From contig CAWAOD010000009.1 of NCBI GenBank assembly GCA_963783575.1, positions 416,001 through 480,000 of the forward strand: a DNA stretch of 64,000 nt. Direction: 5' to 3'. Below, piece after piece: positions 38,364-50,023 of this stretch. The notes beneath the pieces are model-generated. The model did no database searches and had not been told where the DNA came from. It worked only from the letters and a program-made list of their open reading frames with translations. The DNA comes from an uncultured Spirochaetota bacterium. GTDB taxonomy: Bacteria; Spirochaetota; Brevinematia; Brevinematales; JAOACQ01. Every line of letters begins with the position of its first letter. The first letter of the stretch is position 1. The translations under genes were made by a program, and so were the position numbers.

Positions 38364-40859
38364 ATGAAAAAATATTCGAATATTCTTCTGTTATCTATTT
38401 TCTTTATAATACTATCCTGTCTTTTGTTTTATAAAGGATTTCTTGGATATTCCCTTCAGGGAGCCGACGGTACATTAGGATGGCTAAAACTTATTTCATC
38501 AGGAAGCCCTGATCATATCAATATCATGAGGAATGATGTATGGCTTGGGAATAAACTGGCACTTCCGACAAGTGTTTTTACTTTAATTCTTAATATATTT
38601 AATCCGGCTATGGTTGAATGGTTTGCTTTTTTGATCTCAGTTCTTTTATCGCTCATTTTCTGTTACCTTTTCCTCAGAAAATTGAATTTATCGGTTGTCG
38701 CTTCATTATTCGGATCCATAGCCTATTCTTTTGTACCGCATTTTATTACAACGATTTTTAACTCCCAGATAAACCAGATGGATATGCTGTTTTATCCTCC
38801 GGCAATATTTTTCTTCCTTTCAATAATCTTCGATAAAACTGAAAAAGACCGTTTTAAAATATTTTTATCATTAATTCTTGCGGGAACCGCCTGGGGAATA
38901 ATGATGACTGACGATCCTCAACGGGGCCTTTACTTTTCTATCGCGGCAGCTTGCTATATTTTATATAAAGTCATCATCAACAATGAGATAGAAATAAAAA
39001 ATATTTTTACGATACTGAAAAGCAGAAATTTTCTTTTTGATGCCGGTAAAGTTTTAATTATTCTGATTTTTTTAGTTTTAGCTTTCGCTAATGGATTAAA
39101 AAGCTGGCAGGCGACAATTGCGCTTAGAAGCGCTCAAACTCAATATTCGCAGACATCCCAGGAAGCTGCCGATGCAAAATGGAAACTTTCAACAATGTGG
39201 TCGCTTGACCCGGCGGAATTGATAGACTCTTTTGCTTTCGGATTCCATGGTAAGCTTACGGGAGACCAGGAAGCGCCTTACTGGGGTTCGAAAGAATATT
39301 GCGGCAACAGCGAGGCTTTCGGTTATTTCACAATTTTGTTTTCCATTATCGGAATATTCGCTTTTTACAGGAAGAACAATTTTGTTAAATTTTTCTTCTG
39401 GACAGGCTTATTAACCATATTGCTTTCTTTCGGAAAATTTTTGCCCGGTACACCCTTTTACTGGCTGTTTTACCAGCTGCCATTAATGAAGAATTTCAGG
39501 GCGCCGGTAAAATATGTAAGCATCGCCTCGTTTGCCCTTGCCGTTTTATCGTCTTTCGGTATACAATATGTATTAAATTTAATAGACAGTGAAAATGAAA
39601 GATATAAAAAGATTTTGAATAATTGTCTTAAAGCAATCGCGATTTTTCTAGGGATTGGAATAATCTGGATTTTCTTTACCGTTCTGGCATCAAACGATTT
39701 GGCTTTTAATCTCGGCCAGAAGCTGCAAAATCAGGCAATGGGAAGTATAGCGGCAAATAATATGATTTTCTCTCTCTTTAGAATGATTATTTTTACCTTA
39801 TTAGCCTTCGGTTTGTTGTTTATATTGTTCAAATATAAAGATAATGTCAAGGTTAAAAATATTATTGCCGGGACATTTATTTTGCTGTCTATTATCGACC
39901 TGTTGAGTATCGACTGGTTTTATATGGATAAAGCATATTTTAAGGAAAAAGAATTTTACCGGCCTGACGGGACCGTTCAATTTCTGGTAAATGAAAATAA
40001 GAATGACTTATTCAGAGTTGGAACATCGCTTATGTATCCTGCAAATAACGGTCAGGCCCAGTCTTATCCGGTCACTGGCCTTAAAGGCTATTATCTTACA
40101 TATATGTTCCCTTATTATAATATCCAATCGATGGATATAACCGCAATTTCAGGTGTGATAACGGAATACGATAATTTCTTTTTAAAATCTATTGAAGGTT
40201 CCATAACAAAACCGGTAAAAAATCTGGACGATTTGATAGATCTCAATCTCCGGTTGTTAAATCTGGCGAATATAAAGTATCTTATTCTGGATGGTATGTC
40301 CGGCAATTCGAATATTCTCCTGACAAATATTGTGAAGGGTTATGATAACAGGGATCATTATATTTACTATAATCCCGGATACCTGCCGAGATTGGGATTC
40401 TATGATAACTATCTTACGGTAAAAAGTAACGAGGATGCCCTCAAATATATTGGAGATAGATCTATCGATGTCCGAAATATCCTTATATTAAATGTAACGA
40501 ATGAGGAAAGACTGGTTTCAACAAATGCAGTTGTACCTCTGAATAGTTCGAATTACTTGTCCTGGAGAATTAAAACAAGCTTTACAGCCCCGAATGACGG
40601 AGCTCTGCTGTTTATATCAAAGTATGAACCGGATTGGAAAGCATATGTAGACGGGAAAAAAGAGAAGATATATCAGGCCAATTATCTTGAAATGGGAATA
40701 TTTGTTACTAAAGGATTGCATACGGTTGAATTCAAGTATGAGCCGGACAAAATACCTTTGAGTATTTCCCTTTTTACTATAATTTTAGGGCTTTTGACCG
40801 CATTAGTCTATGGAATAAAAAATTTGGGTACCATTTTTAAGACTATAAAATCGAAATAG
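38364..40859 (+). CDS. YfhO-family polytopic membrane protein (GT-C-like)
   Basis: many TMs, YWG, P...FRAP.K, N.KY, YEPDWKAYVDG...I..AN....GI.V..G.H.V.F.Y.P. Confidence 0.8.
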   Translation: MKKYSNILLLSIFFIILSCLLFYKGFLGYSLQGADGTLGWLKLISSGSPDHINIMRNDVWLGNKLALPTSVFTLILNIFNPAMVEWFAFLISVLLSLIFCYLFLRKLNLSVVASLFGSIAYSFVPHFITTIFNSQINQMDMLFYPPAIFFFLSIIFDKTEKDRFKIFLSLILAGTAWGIMMTDDPQRGLYFSIAAACYILYKVIINNEIEIKNIFTILKSRNFLFDAGKVLIILIFLVLAFANGLKSWQATIALRSAQTQYSQTSQEAADAKWKLSTMWSLDPAELIDSFAFGFHGKLTGDQEAPYWGSKEYCGNSEAFGYFTILFSIIGIFAFYRKNNFVKFFFWTGLLTILLSFGKFLPGTPFYWLFYQLPLMKNFRAPVKYVSIASFALAVLSSFGIQYVLNLIDSENERYKKILNNCLKAIAIFLGIGIIWIFFTVLASNDLAFNLGQKLQNQAMGSIAANNMIFSLFRMIIFTLLAFGLLFILFKYKDNVKVKNIIAGTFILLSIIDLLSIDWFYMDKAYFKEKEFYRPDGTVQFLVNENKNDLFRVGTSLMYPANNGQAQSYPVTGLKGYYLTYMFPYYNIQSMDITAISGVITEYDNFFLKSIEGSITKPVKNLDDLIDLNLRLLNLANIKYLILDGMSGNSNILLTNIVKGYDNRDHYIYYNPGYLPRLGFYDNYLTVKSNEDALKYIGDRSIDVRNILILNVTNEERLVSTNAVVPLNSSNYLSWRIKTSFTAPNDGALLFISKYEPDWKAYVDGKKEKIYQANYLEMGIFVTKGLHTVEFKYEPDKIPLSISLFTIILGLLTALVYGIKNLGTIFKTIKSK

Positions 40860-40887
40860 AATAATAAATTATGTTAAAATATATCAG

Positions 40888-40907
40888 GATCAAGCGACAC
40901 GCTTGTC
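40888..40907 (+). repeat. REP-like palindrome, copy 2
   Basis: GATCAAGCG-ACA-CGCTTGTC. Confidence 0.7.
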
Positions 40908-43403
40908 AATTTGAAATCTCCGGTTTATTTGTAATATCGCCGATCAATTCCTGATAATTTTTACCCGTATAAACTGCATTTCCGTATATTGCAGCAATCC
41001 GCACAAGTTGAGGGATGCTCATATTTTCAGATTCCAGAAATAAAGGGATAATATAGAGCAGGCTTTCAACTCTGGTTTTGCTATTATTTATAGGAAGAAA
41101 TTTAATGTTTCCCCTGAATATTTTTGATCCTTTTTGACTCCAGAGAGTAAACATACCGGAGAGTTTATCATCCTGATTGATTTTTGATTCGACCTGCATT
41201 GGCCCAAGATAACTGGCGGACGGGTCAGCTAAATGCAGGGACAGTTTGAGGCTTTTATCATAATATGCCAGGGCCCAACCGGCAAGATTTTCCTTACCCC
41301 TTGGAATAAATGGCTGAATAACTGAAAAATGGGCTCGCTGTTAGAAATATCACCTGTATTATTTGTTTCAAAAACGGCGATCTGATAATACGGTTCGAAA
41401 TTTTCAGGTTTATCACCGTAAATTTGTTTGGGAATTTCCCAAATATCGTCACCGCTGTAAAAACTATCCTCATTTTCAACATGGTATTTGCATAAAACAT
41501 CCGCTTGGATTTTTAAAAGGTTATACGGATAACGGTAATGCTTTTTTGTCCCTTCGGGAGCATTATTTTTAAAGAATCCCGGGAAAAGGGATTTATAAGC
41601 AAGCGCAACCGGATCATCGGGATCGGTAAGGTAATAATCAGTATCGCCAGAATAAGCGTTTATAACCACTTTTACAGAATTCCGGATATAATTTAAAAAC
41701 CCAAATCCGGACTTAAACTTTTCTGATATGGGAAATCTGTCCGATACTGTATATGCATCGATAATCCAGTACAATCCGCCATTTATAATAGTTATGTAAG
41801 GATCATTGTCATATTCCAGGAAAGGAAAAATCTTTTTAACCCTGTCCAGAATCTGCCTGTGGTATATTATTGCGGAATCTTTTGTTATATAACTGCTGAG
41901 GAGAATATTTTTTTCATTAAACTCGGCTGAATAAAATAATTTTTTGAAAAATCCGTCAAGTTTTACGCCCCTTTTCAGGTCATATCTTGTTGTAATTCTG
42001 TTTGTAGATGCGGTATAGTCAAATTCATCGGCTTTTGTGTTTATAATTATATAATTACTGGTAAGCTCCCCAAAATAAATCCGGTTTTCCATTACGTTAA
42101 AATCATTGTATATTGGTTTTTGATCAAGATTTTCAAACCAAAAAACTGGATTGCCCTCATTATCGGCAAGAAAAGACGGCGATATAACTACTCCAAAGCC
42201 ATGGGTATACCTGAGGTGGATATTATCCCAGTTCAATGAATCGGCAGGAATGGCCCCGATATTCAATTCTCTTGCGGATAACACAACCTGGGAAAGTTTT
42301 TCACGCCCCTTTTCGTCAGAGCCTGATTCCGCCGAATAAGCATCTATATCAACATCATTGAATGTAAAATATGTTTTGATGCTCTGAACCTGGTTAATGA
42401 CCCTTTTATAAGGATCGCTGTCCCAGATGCGGAGTGTGCTGAAAATATCGCCTATCTGTTTTTTCAAATTATTATATTCCGGATAGTACAGCGGAGAAAA
42501 ACTAATTCCAAAACCGTATCTTGTCGCTTCAATCCGGTCTTTTATAAAGCTTCTCTGTACCATTATTTCATTGGGTTTTACATAAAGGTTATCCAGCAAA
42601 TATGGGTAAAGTCCTGTTAATCCGAAATAAAACAGGATCAATAATCCCGGGAAAACTACCAGGTTAAGGATACTTAAACCGGAATTCTTCCTTAGTAAAG
42701 CAATTATCGAAAAAATAATAACTAAACCTATCCATATGAAATTACCGTAAAAATTTCCGAAAAAGACTACATAATCGACTCCTAGTCTTGGATTCGGCTG
42801 GACAATAAGTTTTTCCAGTATCAGGCTGGCATAATATAATAAACCTGAAATTAATGCCAATACGTAACTTATGATTGATGAAGAGGCAAGAAAAATTTTT
42901 CCGCCGCGGATTTGAGCCTTTCCGCCTTCTTTATGGAGAATTAAGTTAAGCGCCAGTACTAATATAAAAAAAGTAAAAATCATCAGGAGAATTTGCCTGA
43001 TTAAGGGAAGTTCGAACATATAAAAAAATGCGTTCAGATGAAAAAAGGGATCGCTATATCCGGATTCGATATGCAGGGGTTTGTAGATCAGGTATTTCCA
43101 CCCCGATAATCCCCAGAAACCATATCCGGCGGCTATTAAAAGAAATATGATGCTTAAAATCAGATTCAACCTAATCCTTCTTATAACATAAAACCAGATA
43201 AAAAACATAAATAAAAAAATAAGAAATGGCAACAAAAAGTATATAGATTTGATAAAAATTAGCCTGTAAAATATACCGGTATATCCCACGCTGCTAAACC
43301 AGAGCCATTCGGTAATATAATGAAAAATAAATTGATGGCAAATCACAAATAATATAACAATTGATATTAGGACTGCACTAATAGTAATTAAAATTTTTTT
43401 CAT
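40906..43403 (-). CDS. UPF0182-family membrane protein; one frameshift at ~41328
   Basis: EWLWF.SVGY, DP.F, R.WD, F.DVDID.Y, YTHGFG, YIRNSVK, GPMQVE.KINQD; the shifted frame reads FSVIQPFIPRGKENLAGW into 41199. Confidence 0.88.
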
Positions 43404-44104
43404 TATCTATCCTTTAAGTTATTTTTCCCAATTAAAAAACTTAACAGATTGATTTCGTTTTCCAGGAATCCCAGGCTTAAAAGCTCTTCTTTTGTTTTTC
43501 CCCTTTTAATAAGGGTTTTTAACCGCTCGCTTCTGGGTAATTCATCCAGATTTACGGTTTCGGATTCCTCAATATGTTCATACAGAGCATTTTTAGGAAA
43601 TATTTCCTCTTTATTAATTTTTCGATCCTGACCTTCCTTAACTCCTTCTTTCATCAAACTTGGTGCTGCATCAGTATATCGCTCGGCTTCATTACCATGA
43701 GGAATGTTTGTTTTTGAGGCTCTTTGCTTAAGATCATTAATCCTTATTCCAATATTAGGAGCTCTGGCAGATTCTTCTTTATGCTTTTTATCCTGTTTTG
43801 CGGCTGTCTTTTTTTCAACTAATTTTTCAATAACAATGGGTTTATTAGCTCTGTCGATTTTTTCATCAAGCTGCAATATTTTATTGTTTGCTTTTTTCAT
43901 TATTTCCTGCAGTTCATTAATTTTACCTTCAATTAGCTCGATATTCCTTGCAGCGGCGCTGTTAAATTCAGTAATAAGGCCTTCAAGCTCTTTTTTGGAA
44001 TCATCAATGATGATGTTTTCTTTAATATTTTTGATTTTATTGTTAGTAAGAAAAAACAGATAAACTGCAGTGCCGAAAATCAAAAGCGATACAAATATTT
44101 CCAT
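43403..44104 (-). CDS. membrane-anchored coiled-coil hypothetical protein
   Basis: N-terminal TM followed by a heptad region. Confidence 0.6.
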   Translation of the reverse strand: MEIFVSLLIFGTAVYLFFLTNNKIKNIKENIIIDDSKKELEGLITEFNSAAARNIELIEGKINELQEIMKKANNKILQLDEKIDRANKPIVIEKLVEKKTAAKQDKKHKEESARAPNIGIRINDLKQRASKTNIPHGNEAERYTDAAPSLMKEGVKEGQDRKINKEEIFPKNALYEHIEESETVNLDELPRSERLKTLIKRGKTKEELLSLGFLENEINLLSFLIGKNNLKDR

Positions 44105-44330
44105 TAGAAAACCGCCTTTATAACAAGCATACCATGGTACAAAAATAAAACGGAATAATAATATAATCCTTCTCGGTTTAAAAATCAAGGATAACAATTA
44201 ACCAAAATCTTGATTAAATAAAATTACCCATTAAAATGTATTGATGAAATTTATATAATCCGGATAATAGATGAATATATTGAAGTAAAAGCTTAAACTT
44301 TGTGAAAACTTTATTTTATTAAGGGGCGTA

Positions 44331-45944
44331 ATGATGAAACACCTGTTTATAAAATTTCCTTCCGGCAGAACATTCCTGATTGTCGATAAAATAGAAAAAG
44401 CAAGGAACATAAAAAGAACATATATTCTATTTTTTAATGTCGAAGCGTTGAAAAGAAATTTCGAAATTGACCTTCAATCCTTAAATAAAGGTTGTAATTG
44501 CTTTTACGCGACCCCCAGCAAAATCGGTGTGAAAAATATTACCAAGAAGGAAGGGAATTTTTATACTTTCCTTTGTGAAAAACCATCAATTAAAAAATTT
44601 TTCAATGATAATGTTTTTAATTTAATTAACGGGAATGATTCAAAAGATGAGAAGGCCGGAAACGGCAATCATTCTCTTAATGTTGAAGAGAAACAAAATG
44701 ATTACTTGATTTTATCGGAAGAACCTTCCGGTAAAAACAAAATTTTAGCAATCGAGGAAAGTTTTTGTCCTGTTTTTTATCTGTTTGTTTTAAATGAGAA
44801 TTTCCCCGTAGCGTATTCCCCATTTTCTTATCATAAAGTTGAATTCAAGCAGAATGAACCCAACCAGGAAATACTTTCCCTTGGTAATGAAGGTGATTTC
44901 ACAATAGCTTACCTATCGGATAATACAATTACAGTTTCCCCGAATTTCGGTGAGCTTGAAAGTTTATATGAGATAGACGCTATGGATATTATGATTAATT
45001 CAATAATGGGGCATTTGCATTTCAAAAATGTTACGTTATTAAAAGATTATAACAATTATTCCATGATTTCAGAATATACCAGAAGATTTTTAAAAGTTAA
45101 AAATGTAAGTCATATATTTGCTCATACGGCCAGTGTTATGTTTGACAATGGCATGATAAAAGAAAAAGGACTTGGAATTGTCTACGATAGCATCAGTTAT
45201 GATATAGGAGATCAGATTCTCGGGGGTGAAATACTGTATGGAAACATTGGCAGTTACCAGGTTGTCGGAGGCTGGAAACCAGTTCCGTTGCCTGGTGGCG
45301 ATATAGCGAATATCGAACCCTGGAGAATTGCGCTTGCCATAATTAAAGAAACTTTAAATGAGGATGTGAATGATGTAAACCTTCCGATGATTACCAATTT
45401 GAGGAAAAATCCGAATTACAGTTATATTTTCGAAGCTATTAACAATAAAAATATTAACTATTCATTATCTTCAAGTATGCATCATATTGTAGCGGCGCTT
45501 GGCGAAATTATATTTTATGAAGAATCGACATTCGATTTTGATTTTTTTGAAAATAAAATGGATAAATTTTTTATAAACAGCTGCCCATATGAACATTACC
45601 CAATCAGAATAATTGAAGAAGACGGCAGGTATTTAATCGATACTTACGATCTTTTTAAAAGGATTATTTCAGATCTTTTATTAAAAACTGATCCTTCTAA
45701 TTTGATCTGTAATGCACTTGTAAGTATAGCTGCAGCAACAGGGCTACTAATTGAAAAACTTTCAAAAGTTTATAATGAAAAAAAGATAATTTTATCGGGC
45801 GAGTTTTTCAAACATCCGCATTTTTTGTCTTTAATTCATCAGGAATTGATAAATAAGGGGTTTGAAGTCTATATTCCCAGGAATATACCTGTTGATGACA
45901 GCGGGATATCAGTCGGTCAAATCATTTATAAATATTTTGAATAA
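44331..45944 (+). CDS. HypF-like protein (Kae1-like half), truncated and degenerate
   Basis: ILGGE, LPGGD.A..EPWR, P.DD.GIS.GQ at HypF positions; no acylphosphatase or Zn-finger N-terminus. Confidence 0.7.
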   Translation: MMKHLFIKFPSGRTFLIVDKIEKARNIKRTYILFFNVEALKRNFEIDLQSLNKGCNCFYATPSKIGVKNITKKEGNFYTFLCEKPSIKKFFNDNVFNLINGNDSKDEKAGNGNHSLNVEEKQNDYLILSEEPSGKNKILAIEESFCPVFYLFVLNENFPVAYSPFSYHKVEFKQNEPNQEILSLGNEGDFTIAYLSDNTITVSPNFGELESLYEIDAMDIMINSIMGHLHFKNVTLLKDYNNYSMISEYTRRFLKVKNVSHIFAHTASVMFDNGMIKEKGLGIVYDSISYDIGDQILGGEILYGNIGSYQVVGGWKPVPLPGGDIANIEPWRIALAIIKETLNEDVNDVNLPMITNLRKNPNYSYIFEAINNKNINYSLSSSMHHIVAALGEIIFYEESTFDFDFFENKMDKFFINSCPYEHYPIRIIEEDGRYLIDTYDLFKRIISDLLLKTDPSNLICNALVSIAAATGLLIEKLSKVYNEKKIILSGEFFKHPHFLSLIHQELINKGFEVYIPRNIPVDDSGISVGQIIYKYFE

Positions 45945-45967
45945 TGCTTTTTGAAATAATGGAAAAA

Positions 45968-47107
45968 TTAAAGAAATTTTTTGAGTCCTTCAATTTCTGA
46001 AGGGTTATCTATTGTCTTAGAGATAAGACGTGTATCATCCCTCCTTAAGTCTGCCTCTATTGGGTTTCTGAGCGGCACTCCCTCAAAATTCTTTATAATC
46101 GCAATTTCAGGACGCATTGTATATTCCGTTTCTTTTGAAGTAATATAACCGATTTCACCGGTATTCAGAATAACAAATGAGCCTACGGGATAAAATGATC
46201 CAAGATCATACATAAGCGCCATTTCATTTATAAAACGCTGAGATGCATATGGATTAAAATGGGTTAATGTATTTCTCATTATATATATCAGCGCTTCATT
46301 CACGGAAAGGGGTTTCCTATACGCTCTTTCCGTTGTCAAAGCATCATAAACATCACAAACAGCTATAATACCGGCAAAATTACCTATCGATTCCGATTTA
46401 AGCTGCAAAGGATACCCGCTTCCATCCCATCTTTCATGATGGAAAAGAACCATCTTCTTGGAATAATTTGTAAGTGATTTATCATCTTTTAGTAATTCGA
46501 ACCCGAGAATCGGATGGTTTTTCATAATCTTAAATTCTTCCGGTGTCAAGGCCGATCTTTTATTAACAATTGCCTGAGATATTTTAATTTTGCCTATATC
46601 ATGCAGGAATCCGCCAAGCCCTGCTTCTTCAGAGTAAATATTGTTAAAGCCCAATTTTTTTGTAAGGTACATAGATAAAATTCCAACATTAATTGAATGA
46701 TAATAAGTGTAAGAATCGTATTCCCTCAAAACAAGAAGGTTAAGAAATCCCGTAATGTATCTCTGCATCTCTCCAAAAAATTTCTCAATTGCCGTTTTTG
46801 CAGGTTTTACGTCGGGAAGCTTACCATTTGTTATTTGATTGGCAATTTCCTCAATCGCGTTCTTCGCGAATTCCTGGGTTTCAGTTGAAAATATCGGTTC
46901 TTTTAAAATTGAAGTCTTAAATTTTGGAGGAGAATAATAAACAAATTTAATGTTGTTTTCTTTAAGTTCATTTATAAAAGAAGTATTTACAGGTGTCGAT
47001 GCTGGCCAGAACATGTTTCCTTTATCATCATATAATATTCCGGAAAGAATATCCCCGGAATTTAAAAAGTTAACATCGACCTTTTCGAGTTTTTCCATAT
47101 CTAACAT
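45968..47107 (-). CDS. HD-GYP c-di-GMP phosphodiesterase
   Basis: YTYYHS, LHDIGK, HHERWDGSGYP, DVYDALT..R.Y. Confidence 0.92.
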   Translation of the reverse strand: MLDMEKLEKVDVNFLNSGDILSGILYDDKGNMFWPASTPVNTSFINELKENNIKFVYYSPPKFKTSILKEPIFSTETQEFAKNAIEEIANQITNGKLPDVKPAKTAIEKFFGEMQRYITGFLNLLVLREYDSYTYYHSINVGILSMYLTKKLGFNNIYSEEAGLGGFLHDIGKIKISQAIVNKRSALTPEEFKIMKNHPILGFELLKDDKSLTNYSKKMVLFHHERWDGSGYPLQLKSESIGNFAGIIAVCDVYDALTTERAYRKPLSVNEALIYIMRNTLTHFNPYASQRFINEMALMYDLGSFYPVGSFVILNTGEIGYITSKETEYTMRPEIAIIKNFEGVPLRNPIEADLRRDDTRLISKTIDNPSEIEGLKKFL

Positions 47108-47129
47108 ATAAACCCCGGATATATAACTA

Positions 47130-49769
47130 TTATTTCATCCTTTCTATATTTTTTTGAATTTTTAAAACCTCGCCTTTTAAAAATGCCAATTTTTCATTTT
47201 CTTTGTTAATAATTTCTTTTGGGGCTTTTTCAAGAAACTTTTCATTGTTTAGTTTATTTTGAACAGAAATTATACTGTTCTGAAGCCTTTCCTTTTCCTT
47301 TTCAAGCCTATCAAGTTCCTTTCCGGTATCAATCTCTCCTATCTTAGAAATAAAAATTTCAAAACCTTTACCGGCACCTGTAACCTCATCATCATCTTTT
47401 TTGTGGCCAGATTTAATCTCAAGATTTTCAACCTTAGCGAGTTTTTTTATAACTTCGGATACCTGTTCCATAAATTCTGTTTGGGCAGGATTTTCAATTA
47501 CCAATACCGCTTTAACAAAAACGTTCGGCTGAATCTTATTCTCTCCCCGGATATTCCGAATTGTATAAACTATATTCTGGACCATAACGGCATTTTCTTC
47601 CTCGGTGTTATAATTATGTTTTTCATTATAAACCGGATAATCAGATTGCATTATCGTATTGGATTTTCCAGGAAGACTTACGTATATTTTTTCTGTGATG
47701 AATGGCATAATCGGATGGAGAAGTTTCAGGCTGCCCTCAAGAATGAATAAAAGAACCGCAATTTTAGCTTCTTTTATGCCGGTATTCCCTTTATAAAGGC
47801 CAACTTTTGAGATTTCAATGTACCAGTCACAGAATTCGCTCCATATAAAATCATAAAGGCTCACAGTGGCATTGTTAAAATCGAAATCCTCTATCTCTTT
47901 CCGGACTTTTGTTATTGTTTTATTATATTTTGACAGTATCCACTTGTCAAACGTATCCGTTTCAACATCGGTTATATCTTTTATAGATATATTTTGTATG
48001 TTTTGAAAAATGAATTTTGATGCGTTCCATATTTTATTTGCAAAATTTCTTCCCAATTCGCATTTTTCATTGCTATATAAAATATCGTTGCCTAAAGGCG
48101 CAAGCCTTGTGATTGTATACCTGAGAGCATCTGCTCCGAATTCCCTGATAACATCAAGAGGGTCAGGTGAATTTCCAAGGGATTTACTCATCTTCCTTCC
48201 AAGCTCGTCGCGAATTAATCCCGTGAAGTAAACTTTCTTAAAAGGAATATCGTTCAGAAACTCCATGCCCGCAATAATCATCCTGGCAACCCAGAAGAAA
48301 ATTATATCGGGGGCAGTGACCAGTGTATCTGTCGGGTAGTAGTATTTCAGTTCGTCATCGATCTCTGGCCATTTATGAACCGCGAAAGGCCAGAGCCAGG
48401 AAGAGGCCCAGGTATCCAGCACATCAGGGTCCTGATAAATATTTGTGCTTCCACATTGATCGCATTTTCCAGGTGATTGTTCGTAAGAGTAATAATAACC
48501 GCATTCCTTGCAGTAATAAACCGGGATCCTGTGCCCCCACCAGAGCTGTCTTGATATGCACCAGTCCTTGATGTTATCAAGCCAGTGGAAATAAGTCTTT
48601 GTCCATCTTTCCGGATAAAATGTGACTTTGCCCTGTTTTACAACATCAATCGAAGGCTTGACAAGTTCATCCATCTTCATAAACCATTGGTCTGAAAGGT
48701 AAGGCTCTATCGGAACATGACCGCGTTCGCTGTAGCCGACTTTATGAGTATAATTTTCAATTTTTTCAAGAAGCTTCAGTTCCTTTATCTTTTCAACAAC
48801 GGCTTCCCTTGCCTCAAAACGGTCCATTCCGCGGTAATCTTCAGGAACGTTATTATTCAACGAAGCATCGTCATTTAGAATATTCAAAAATTCCAGGTTA
48901 TATTTATTTCCTATTGCATAGTCATTCGGATCATGGGCGGGAGTTATTTTTAAAGCTCCAGTACCGAATTCCATATCGACAAAATCGTCAGCGATTATCG
49001 GGATTTCTTTATCCACAATCGGCAGTATAACTTTTTTACCGACATATTTTGCATATCTTTTATCCTTAGGATTAACTGCAACAGCCGTATCGCCGAGCAT
49101 AGTCTCGGGTCTTGTGGTAGCTATCGTTATAAATTCATGAGAATCCTTTAAAGGATATTTAAAATAGTAAAGCTTACCTTCCACTTCTCTATAATAGACT
49201 TCCTCATCGGAAATTGCCGACTTTGATACCGGGCACCAATTGACAAGCCGGTAACCTTTATATATATATCCTTTCTTATATAATTCAACAAAACTATGGA
49301 TGACGGCTTTATAATACCTTTCATCCATTGTAAAGCGCTCCCTGCCCCAGTCGCAGCTTGCCCCAAGTTTTTTTAGCTGGCTGATTATTATGCCGCCATA
49401 TTTTTCTTTCCATTCCCTTGCATATTCCAGAAATTTCTCCCGGCCGATCTCGTATTTGTTAATCCCCATTTCACTTAAATACTTTACAACCTTTGCTTCC
49501 GTAGCTATTGATGCGTGGTCTGTTCCCGGTATCCAGCAAGCTTCAAAACCATTCATTCTGAAATATCTGATCAGGATATCCTGGATCGTATTATTCAAAA
49601 TATGCCCCATATGCAGCATTCCCGTAACATTCGGTGGCGGAATTACGATTGTATAAGCTTTTTTACCTGGATTTACGCTGCTTTTAAAAATTTTGTTATC
49701 AATCCAGTAGCTGTATATTTCGTCTTCAAAATCGGCGGGATTATATGTTCCTGGAAGTTCTGCGGCCAT
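47130..49769 (-). CDS. valS: valine--tRNA ligase
   Basis: PPPNVTG.LHMGH, TTRPET, WCISRQLWWGH, KMSKS, C-terminal coiled coil. Confidence 0.98.
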   Translation of the reverse strand: MAAELPGTYNPADFEDEIYSYWIDNKIFKSSVNPGKKAYTIVIPPPNVTGMLHMGHILNNTIQDILIRYFRMNGFEACWIPGTDHASIATEAKVVKYLSEMGINKYEIGREKFLEYAREWKEKYGGIIISQLKKLGASCDWGRERFTMDERYYKAVIHSFVELYKKGYIYKGYRLVNWCPVSKSAISDEEVYYREVEGKLYYFKYPLKDSHEFITIATTRPETMLGDTAVAVNPKDKRYAKYVGKKVILPIVDKEIPIIADDFVDMEFGTGALKITPAHDPNDYAIGNKYNLEFLNILNDDASLNNNVPEDYRGMDRFEAREAVVEKIKELKLLEKIENYTHKVGYSERGHVPIEPYLSDQWFMKMDELVKPSIDVVKQGKVTFYPERWTKTYFHWLDNIKDWCISRQLWWGHRIPVYYCKECGYYYSYEQSPGKCDQCGSTNIYQDPDVLDTWASSWLWPFAVHKWPEIDDELKYYYPTDTLVTAPDIIFFWVARMIIAGMEFLNDIPFKKVYFTGLIRDELGRKMSKSLGNSPDPLDVIREFGADALRYTITRLAPLGNDILYSNEKCELGRNFANKIWNASKFIFQNIQNISIKDITDVETDTFDKWILSKYNKTITKVRKEIEDFDFNNATVSLYDFIWSEFCDWYIEISKVGLYKGNTGIKEAKIAVLLFILEGSLKLLHPIMPFITEKIYVSLPGKSNTIMQSDYPVYNEKHNYNTEEENAVMVQNIVYTIRNIRGENKIQPNVFVKAVLVIENPAQTEFMEQVSEVIKKLAKVENLEIKSGHKKDDDEVTGAGKGFEIFISKIGEIDTGKELDRLEKEKERLQNSIISVQNKLNNEKFLEKAPKEIINKENEKLAFLKGEVLKIQKNIERMK

Positions 49770-49980
49770 TTCCTGCTCCTATATAAAATTTAATAAAAGT
49801 TTATTAAAAGCTTGATATGTTTTCAAGATACTCCGGAATAAATATATTAGTTTAGAGGCACGTCAATAAATCATATCAAAAATTGTAAGAGATAATGCCT
49901 ACAAAGTCAAATTGTTAAAAGTCAAAATAAATTATTGCAATTATTTTTACTTCCAAATAAACTATTTTGATAAATATAAA

Positions 49981-50009
49981 TTGACAGACATTAATCCGCC
50001 AATTATAAT
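49981..50009 (+). promoter_or_regulatory. consensus sigma70 promoter of the tRNA pair
   Basis: TTGACA-17-TATAAT. Confidence 0.85.
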
Positions 50010-50023
50010 TATGGCTCATATAT

